Positions 56,377 through 64,000 of a stretch of 64,000 bases of DNA are shown here, piece after piece; the stretch's first letter is position 1; every line of letters starts with the position of its first letter. Made by a program: the position numbers and the translations under genes. The stretch covers positions 1,612,001 to 1,676,000 of the forward strand of contig OZ361257.1 in assembly GCA_977018835.1 (NCBI GenBank), given 5' to 3'. This DNA comes from Minutocellus sp. GHC0000111. Lineage: Eukaryota. The notes beneath the pieces are model-generated. The model was not told where the DNA came from and ran no database searches. It saw only the letters and a list, made by a program, of their open reading frames with translations.

Positions 56377-56769
56377 GGCAGAAATAGTTCAACCCGGCTT
56401 TTCAGAATGGCGTTTCTTCCCATCGTGTGTCGGATATCACAACTGTGTTGGTGGTTCAGCATCGTTATGGTATTCGCCGCTTCATGTCGGGAGGAAATGA
56501 GCATTCAGCATATGCGGGGCAAGAAGAAGAAGAAGAAGAATCAGCAGAAGAAATTGAATGTACGAAAGATATATATTTGAGATCGCGCTGGGAATAGAGC
56601 AGCGATCCTGGAGCAGCCTTCTGGGTGTGGCCACTGCTTGTGCTACCACGCTGTTTGCCAGAAGGATATCAGGCAGAATAGACTTGTAACGGGCACTTCC
56701 CATCTAATATTTTTATTGTCAGCTCAAGTAAAATTTCGTACCTTCTTTCACCTCGTACATGTAGTTGGG

Positions 56770-58162
56770 CTACCTGAAAACCTTGGCATATTGCTCCAGA
56801 TTCTCCTCAAATCGACATTTACTTGCGTCAAAATTCGTGAATCGATCAAGAGCTAGATTCTCCCATCTTTGGATCTGCGTTGGGTCGCCCTTGGCAGCAA
56901 ATAGGAAGAAAATTCCCGCCTCGAGCCAGGTCAAGGGTTCAAAAAGCTTCATTTCTGCCAAAACTTGCTGAACCCGAGCCGAATCAACTGACGATGAGGT
57001 GTTATCGATCTCACTAGACTTCAGGTACGATCGGATAAATGCTGCCATATTATCGTCGTTTTGCCTAGAAGGGTCAGCTGATCGAAACAGCTTGTAAAAG
57101 TCGAATCCACGATATCCTGGTCCGCTCAGCTCGTAATCGATGAGAACAATCTCTCCAACTCCGCTACCCCTCGAGGAATCATTCATCACCACGATATTCG
57201 AAGGCTTGAAATCACCGTGGCAAAGCACCTGCGGCAATTCCAAGGCATCTAATTTCTCCCTCATGGTTTGCACCTCTTGGCAGAGCCGATCGTGCGTCCA
57301 ACCGGCCTCCAACACTGCCTCGGGAATTGGTCCGTCATCCCCGACAAAGCCGAGCATTGCATCCAACGTCATCCAAAGCATGTTGTCCACCTCGTTCGCT
57401 ATCGGCAGAACAGCTGGGGTTGATGTGGAGTGCAGTTGTGCAAGCTTGGCTCCAATCTTCTCGCATAGTATCTGCCCATAGCCGAATTTCGTATCATCAG
57501 GATTATTATCATTCTTGGCAACTCCATGCACATCCTCTTCGGAAAGGACCGTCCCATCGATATACTCCATGACTATACCATCGCTACCTCGGTGTATCAC
57601 AGTGGGTCCGATGCGACAATCTGATGCCAAGACATCGATCGAACCCAATATGTTATCGGGTACACGCACCTTTGCCAGGTCAGAGAACACTTTGACAACG
57701 ACCGCATTACATAAACTGTCATCACCACCAACAAGCGAGGAAGATGTTGGCGTCACCTTGTACACCCAGTTGCAGAATCCAAGGCCGAGCGTTTGACTTT
57801 CGTATCCATCGCCAAACATGCAATCGTCGCCCAGCAAGTGAGCATCCACGAGCAAACTACGAAGCAGTTGCTGCCGACCGGCTTCTGTCAATTCACCGAG
57901 ATCGATGCAATTGCCCTGGCTGTGTTTGGATGATATGATACCAGCACGTCCAGCATCCTGCTCAGCAGACGACGTTGAACGACCGAATAGAGCTATGCTT
58001 GGATATTTTCTTTTGCGCTTTCTTTTGCGCCTGCCATTGTAGATCTGGCCATACAATCGCAAGTGTTCTCCACCTTCACTTGCTGGCACGAAGGCAAGAT
58101 GAGAAGCGGTACCAGGCGCTGCGCCGCCGAAGCAGGAGGACGAGGGCCCAGCGACGGGCCAT
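56770..58162 (-). pseudogene. Choline/ethanolamine kinase family protein with an apparent frameshift in its signal peptide
   Basis: G..N.VYKV, MEYIDG, LCHGDFKPSNI and LIDYELSG..YRGFD. There is no in-frame ATG ahead of the N-terminal region. ATG 58162 (MARRWALVLLL) is one base out of frame with GGAAPGTASHLA-FVP. Confidence 0.75.
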
Positions 58163-58714
58163 CGAGCAGCGCAAATCGAGCGAGCCGCGGTAGCAACACA
58201 TTGGGAGGGCGCATCTCCGCCGCTTCATTCTCTATATTGGTCTCCTGCTCGTCACCGGTTGGCAAACGGAGAGGAAGCTTGGCATCAGCAAGTAAGTAAG
58301 TGCTTGACGATGGCACTTCAACCACACACGCGTTGTCCACGTACGTACAATGGTAGCGGGGCTTTCTTGCTTTTTTACTTTCGGGTCCTTCCCCCGGATT
58401 AAAATGTGTGCCGGATATTTTTGGACAAAGGGTTGCAAACATGCAATCATTTGACAAGTAGTTCCGCCGAACATGCCAAGCATTGGCCGGCCGGCGCGAG
58501 TAACACATAATCTTCATCGCCCTGTATTTTGGAATGATCTCTCATTCAAACGTCAAAATTTTGCCGTTTTCTTTTATTTGTCACACCACCACCTCCAACG
58601 CAACCCAACGCACAACAATCCAACGCATGTGGAGGTTTGTGCGGCGAGCATCGGATGCACATAACTTCGACAACTAGCCTGCCAACAAAGCAAAAACCAA
58701 GTCGAGATGCCAAC

Positions 58715-59084
58715 ATGAAGTTCTCCGCCTCCGCTCCCACCCTCCTCGCCGTCGCCGTCGCGCTCGCCGCCCAGGCCGCATCCGTTGACGCCAAGCTCGG
58801 CTCCACCGACTGGGACGTCCGCGGCGATGCCTCCGATGCCGACCAGGCCCTCCGCCAGCTCAAGGGCGGCGGTGCCAACGGCACCGGCAAGTCCAAGTCC
58901 AACCAAGTCCGGAGGCGACGACGGCTCGTCGTGCGGCGGCACCGCGACCGGCGGTGTGCTGCAGCTGCATTGGCCGACCAAGTTTGCGCCGCCGAAGGCC
59001 TGCTCTACCCCTGGTCCCGTGCCGGATCCGACGTTGCGGTTTCGGGCCCCACCTTCAACTCCCAGGCCGTCCTGGGAGCCGTTG
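58715..59084 (+). pseudogene. First exon of a secreted diatom-type protein (signal, RQL site, KS-rich segment), followed by mobile-element sequence
   Basis: MKFSASAPTLLAVAVALAAQAASVDA, then LRQLKGGG..KSKS; donor GTACGT at 59085; probable frameshifts near 58901 and 58954. Confidence 0.55.
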
Positions 59085-59126
59085 GTACGTGTGGTCCGCA
59101 AGTCTTGTTCCCCACTTCCCATGCAC

Positions 59127-59457
59127 CTCTAACCCCGTGCGAACGAGGGGAGAGGTCTCGGACGGTGCGTGGCACGCCAGCGCTTGCGCCTGGCCGCATC
59201 TTGCACAAGACGTGCGATTTCCGTTGGTCGTGCCCATGCTTCCCCCCAGTGGGAAACGCATGAGGACGGAGGACGGGAGTCCGAGAGGAACCGGGGCGGA
59301 GGAGCCTGCGAAGGCGATGCGCCTCGTGACGCATAACATTCGCAACGGACGTAACGGAGGGTTGGAGGCAGCGCTGCGCGCTATGGCGCAGGCGAACGCG
59401 GACTTGGGCGTCTTCCAGGAGACGAAGCTCACGGATGGCATTTTCACCAGATTTTCC
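59127..59457 (+). mobile_element. 5' fragment of a non-LTR retrotransposon (APE/EEP endonuclease N-terminus)
   Basis: LVTHNIRNGRNGGLEAALRAMAQANADLGVFQETKL matches EEP motifs I-II (N..; D....QET). It is truncated by TAA at 59458. The left boundary is approximate. Confidence 0.7.
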
Positions 59458-60041
59458 TAAATGGACTCCCGCAAGCAATTGCAGGATCGGATCGCAGTTC
59501 AAGCCAGGGTGTCGTCTCACCACCAAAACATGGACAAACTCCCACTAGAGGCATTCTTTGCTGATTTGTAATGCATGCATGTGCATAGGACACATGCACA
59601 TGTAAGGACACACGTGTGCATGCAAGGACAAGGATGTGCACACGTGCAAAAAGACTGCAGCCATGCAGCTAGCTAGGTGCTGCTAATGTAGCACTGTAGG
59701 CCGGTTCGCTCGCCCTTTGCAGCAGGTATATTCTTCTTTCTGAGGAGTGTTACTTCTCTACGCCATGCAATGCTTGCTACACCTCCCCCCGCCCCTTGAC
59801 GCACTGTTTCCTGTCTTGCCCGGCTTCGGCGCCACGGGCCGGTGGTGCGGTCTCGAAAAAATAAATAAATACGGGGGCAAAATTTGTCATTCCCCTATTT
59901 TGTCATTCCCCTACATGACGCAAACCACACCCTCCGCCACAGCACCATCTGCCAGCCGGATGACTCGCATACTTTTGGTCGCACTTTCGGTGGCCGGCTG
60001 GCGCGCGAAGCAACCGACTGGCGCGCCCAACGCGAGCCACC

Positions 60042-61824
60042 ATGGCGGCAAAAATTCAAATTGCCGCCGCTACGTGCAGAACGAAGGCGATATCTCGCGC
60101 TGGTGTGGGAGAATTACGGCACGAGACCAACCAGGTACTCCCGACATCCTGGTGATATTCCCGTTGGTCTCGATCCATAATTCTCCATGAGCAAATAACG
60201 GCCGCAATCCCGCGGTCAACACCGCAATTCCACCCTAACCCTAACCCCCTAACAGGCTGAACTGCTCGTCCGTCTTCGCAGAAAGGAACTTCATTACTAC
60301 AATTTCATCGGCAACAACAACGACTCCTTGATGAATGTGTTGGGATGCAGTCCCATCATGTACGGCGCCGTCATGTGCACTGCGGGCATCTTGGGTTTGA
60401 AGAAGAAGAAACACGAAGACTGCGATGTGATGTTTTTTGTGAGGACAGACAACCAGAATGGATGGGATGAAATGGTATCAAGACACTGCCTTGCCGACGA
60501 CGTTCAGCGAACCCCATGCAAAAAGAGCATATTTGTTCGCCTCGGTTCTATCAATCCTCGTGCAGCCGACGCTCTCCATGATGATGGATGGATGGCTTTC
60601 GACATGGTCACGGTCGAGCAACAATTTCGCCTCGAAACACCGCCGCCGCGGCTCAATTTGACGAAGGCATGTAATGCATTCCTCAAGTCGGTCGCACCAC
60701 ATGTGTCGGTGGGATGTGCGGCGATGGACTACGAAATCAACAGGCAGATGTTGCTCGAGGCCCAGAAGTTCCCTGGTGGGCACAATGGCCAGGACGATGG
60801 GTGGGACAATGACGACGATGTTGGGACGGTGGGCACCCTGACCACGACGGAGGCCGGCGAGATCAGTGAGGACGATGACGACGAAGACGAGGACTATGTG
60901 CCCTGTTATGAGGACGAAGCTGATATTGCAAGAGAGGACGCTACACATGAAGCATGCATGCAGCAGTGCTTTGAGAAGAATCGTCAGAAGCACGGTGATG
61001 GCGAGCCAGAGATGGGAGCTGTCGATGATGCCGAGGATGACGATGCCCCTCACTTCCATTTCCTGAAAAAGGCCGGCATTGAGGCGGCCGACTCAGGTAA
61101 AATAAGGGCAGTGCTGGCAGAATGCTGGAGAGCTTTGTCTATTAACATTTCTGATGGCAACAACAAGAAGAAACCAAGGACAACAGAGTTCATCCACCAC
61201 AACACCTCCACCAAAGGAACTCTCCTAGAGCACAATCGCGAGGAAGATGGCATGACGGATGACGACATCAAAGAGCTCTGCAAAGCTTGCTCTAATTTGC
61301 TCCACACTCTTGACGCAACATGTTCCAGATTTCTGAAATGGTGGTGCTACATGAAATGGGATGATGAGGCAAAGAAGGCTGTGAGAGAGCTTGAAGCATT
61401 GATTGCAAGTGCCCTCAAGCAAGCACGGGCAATCGGCATTAGCACAACGCCCAAGTGGCACTTACTCGAAGATCACATCTTGGACCAACACATTTGGCTA
61501 GCAGTGAAGAATGGATGGGGCGGCATCTGTTGGCTCGACGAATCGTTTGTAGAGCGAGCCCACCAAGAGGGCGTTAAGGAAGATCGTCGGACTCAGGGCG
61601 TCAAGGGATATGAGGCCCAACAGACGGCGCAGTTCAAGGCTGAGGAGAGGGCATCCAATCCAAAGGTCGAGGAGAGGCGGGAGCGAAACTCTCGGGTGGC
61701 AAGAACAAGGAAAAGGACAAGGACCGAAGCTGTTAAAGCAGAAACTGATGACAAGCGCCAACAAATGATCATGATGGCCACCGATGGAGATGAGGATGTA
61801 GAGATGGGAGCAGGGCATGTATAA
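60042..61824 (+). mobile_element. Putative degenerate DNA-transposon gene with a Transib/RAG1/Chapaev-like C-terminal motif
   Basis: GCCACCATGG start and intron 60135-60255 in frame with ORF 60328-61824; motif TPKWHLLEDH...GGICWLDESFVERAHQ; located among mobile debris; no TIRs found. Confidence 0.45.
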
Positions 61825-62732
61825 AATTAGAAAATGAAATTACATTGCTACTACACAATGACAAATGAATTAATTGCACAGTCCAACTTTTACAAACAGC
61901 ATCGCGATTGAGCAAAAAAGTAAATAGCACACCCAAACAAACACATCACGTCCTTCTTAACTCACCCATTTATCTCCCAGACCAAAAAGTCCCTTTGTCG
62001 GGTTGATTGTTGCATAAACTTATCCCAATGCTATCTGTCTCTCCTCGGGCGCAAAATTGTTGTCGGAATTCCGGGGGAGGTCGAGTGGGGATGCGATCGG
62101 TCGGGATCAGCGAGAGTCGGTCATACGGGGGGTGCGGCGCAATCCCGGCAGTTTATCATCAACAACAACGTGGGAAAGTACCAGAGGGTCTGGGGCATCA
62201 CAACGGGAGCACGACGAGCACAAAGACGGAGCAATGGTGCCACACCCCAGAGAAACGAACGGCCGACAGATGGAGGAAAAGTAGGCCGATGGTTCGTGGC
62301 GTTGATACGCAGCGGAGGCCAATCTGAGGATACAGTAAGCTTCAACTATATCCAAACATGATAATGAATGCGTATTTGGTACGAAAATATAGTTATACGC
62401 CGGCGCAACGCCGACGGACCACCATGGTGTTGGACGGTCAAAGAATGGGTGACGAACGAGATTGGGTTTTGGTGGGTTTCTTCGTGACGTGTTCGTCTTC
62501 TGCCGAAAAACGCTTCATCCGACCGGCGAAACAAGACGAGATGGGGCTGTGCCGCGCCGCCTCCGCCTCCGCCTCGGCCTCCAGTCAGCACGCGTTGCTT
62601 GGTCCGCCTCCTCGCTCGGCCTCTTCCCAGGCAATCTCGCCGCGGGAGAACATCAATCAATCTAGTTTTGGCAATTCATTCCTTTCGTTCCGTTCGTTCG
62701 TTCAGTGGGCGGTAGTATTAGAGCTAGCCTAG

Positions 62733-64000
62733 ATGGTATCCTGGTACCAGGCCAGCGAGCGGAGGCGGTCCCGGGCCGACCTGACCAAGCGGCAGGTCCG
62801 CCGGGCCCTCACCGCCTCTTCCGCAGGTTCGGCCGCGGCTCCGCACTCCACGGGCACCGGTGTCGGTAGGCGCGAGCTTGGTTCCAAATTCCAATCGTCC
62901 CGCACGTCGCTGGGCGGCGTCAAAGGTGCCGGGGAAACCGCCCCAATGAGCCCGCTCAAGGGCCGGTCCCTCCGCCTCTCGTACGGCGGCCCCGGTATTA
63001 ATGCTTTCGGCGGCGGCGCTTCGTCCGTCGTCACCGCCAGCCCACCCACCAACTCCCGTTCCCGCGCTCTCGTCGTCCCCGCAAACAATGGAAATCGCCC
63101 CGGCCCGTCCGCCGACCAAGGCGCCGAACCTCCGGAGCCTCCGCAACCTTGGAGGTCGTTCCCCGATCGCGTGATCGTCGACCGCCTGACCGCCCATGCC
63201 ATCCAGCTCGAGGTGTGGGACCTGCCCCTTCCGGCGAGCGTGTGCGCCGTCGCGCAGGCCTTGGGGGGGTGTCCCCAGGTGCGATTGCTGCACGGCCGGT
63301 CCAGTTGGGACGATGAGATCCGCCCGGCGGGAGGGGACGGGGGCGCCGAGGTCGGAAGAGGGGAGGGTGAGGGGGAATTCGCCGACGAGAATTTGCTCAC
63401 CAACAGCTGCTACCCCTCCGACCAGGATTGTTACGAGGAGGAGACGCCCGAAGAGCGAACCATTCGGCGGGTCGGGCAGCTCTGCGCCGCTCTTCAGACG
63501 CTCACCTCGCGGGTGGGGAGCACCACCCAAGTAGTGGAGAGCTGGGACGAGGCCAGGGCCGTGCTGGGCGAGGTGCTGGTGTTCCCCGACGAGTATCAGC
63601 AGGGTGGACGTGCGAACGAGATGGTGCGGGGTGAAGAGGAGGACAACGTTGGGGAGGATTTGGACGAGCTGGAGAGGGAGCAGAGGGCTCTGGAGCAGGG
63701 ACAGAAAGATGGTGGTGGTGTCATCGTGCCCATCCCTTCGTCCACCACCACCAAGAAGAGGATCGGGACCGTGTCCAGCCTCCTCCAACGCCGTTCCGCC
63801 CCCTCCTCCTCCTCGTCCTCGGGCAGGCTCGGCAAGGCGTACCGCTCCACCCAGCGCACCCTCGCCAAGGCGGCCCGCGGAGCCAGGGCACGGTCCAACA
63901 TCATCTCCAACGCCAGGCGGAACTTCCTGACCAAGGCGGCCTACTCCCGAATGCTGGCGCGGCGCGGACAGCTGGAGCGGATGCGCAAGTTCAAGCTGCT
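62733..64000 (+). CDS. GC-rich uncharacterised ORF running off the window end, possibly element-encoded
   Basis: The frame from ATG 62733 is stop-free to 64000 (over 420 codons). GC is visibly higher than in the host genes. It may have an upstream exon. Confidence 0.55.
   Translation, partial: MVSWYQASERRRSRADLTKRQVRRALTASSAGSAAAPHSTGTGVGRRELGSKFQSSRTSLGGVKGAGETAPMSPLKGRSLRLSYGGPGINAFGGGASSVVTASPPTNSRSRALVVPANNGNRPGPSADQGAEPPEPPQPWRSFPDRVIVDRLTAHAIQLEVWDLPLPASVCAVAQALGGCPQVRLLHGRSSWDDEIRPAGGDGGAEVGRGEGEGEFADENLLTNSCYPSDQDCYEEETPEERTIRRVGQLCAALQTLTSRVGSTTQVVESWDEARAVLGEVLVFPDEYQQGGRANEMVRGEEEDNVGEDLDELEREQRALEQGQKDGGGVIVPIPSSTTTKKRIGTVSSLLQRRSAPSSSSSSGRLGKAYRSTQRTLAKAARGARARSNIISNARRNFLTKAAYSRMLARRGQLERMRKFKL

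Noticed and set aside
60233..60252. CCCTAA telomere-like repeats
   Set aside because: Only about three units, ending in CTAACAG. They are explained as the branch point and acceptor of intron 60135-60255, not a chromosome end.
59458..62400. Terminal inverted repeats for the transposase-like gene
   Set aside because: No convincing inverted match was found by eye between candidate left ends (59458, 59693) and the downstream region.
1..64000. tRNA, rRNA, CRISPR array or prokaryotic operon
   Set aside because: No such structures were recognised; the organisation is eukaryotic with spliceosomal introns.

Overview
Gene-dense eukaryotic nuclear DNA, most likely from a diatom or related ochrophyte: it has short GT-AG introns, bipartite signal + ASAFAP-type plastid presequences and a fused plastid PDH E1 alpha-beta gene. 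About 30 protein-coding loci are recognisable. They include a PPR protein, an HSL-type esterase, FAM192A/NIP30, a tandem zeta-toxin-like kinase, WDR55, an HMG-box protein, a DHHC palmitoyltransferase, a metzincin, a PQQ-type sugar dehydrogenase with PKD, AASDH/ACSF4, PDH E1, MIF4G, a GT11-like protein, an FSH1 hydrolase, a sterol desaturase-like protein, a CCHC knuckle protein, RPS24 exon 1, TPT, YebC, biotin synthase, BTB-RING, J/zf-PARP/BRCT/SAP and a choline kinase. There is also a 488-bp Tc1/mariner-type MITE and a terminal cluster of mobile-element debris. The most notable signals are: (1) about a third of the genes carry apparent inactivating lesions of mixed type while their neighbours are intact, suggesting a decaying duplicate haplotype or subgenome, or assembly faults; (2) a head-to-head pair of paralogous ~16-TM proteins I cannot assign to a family, one fused to a ZRANB2-like RanBP2-finger/RS region; (3) an in-frame TGA at the first Cys of a RING finger; (4) intergenic chains of TA-linked micro-palindromes resembling stacked transposon excision footprints. 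All calls come from reading motifs by eye; no searches were run.
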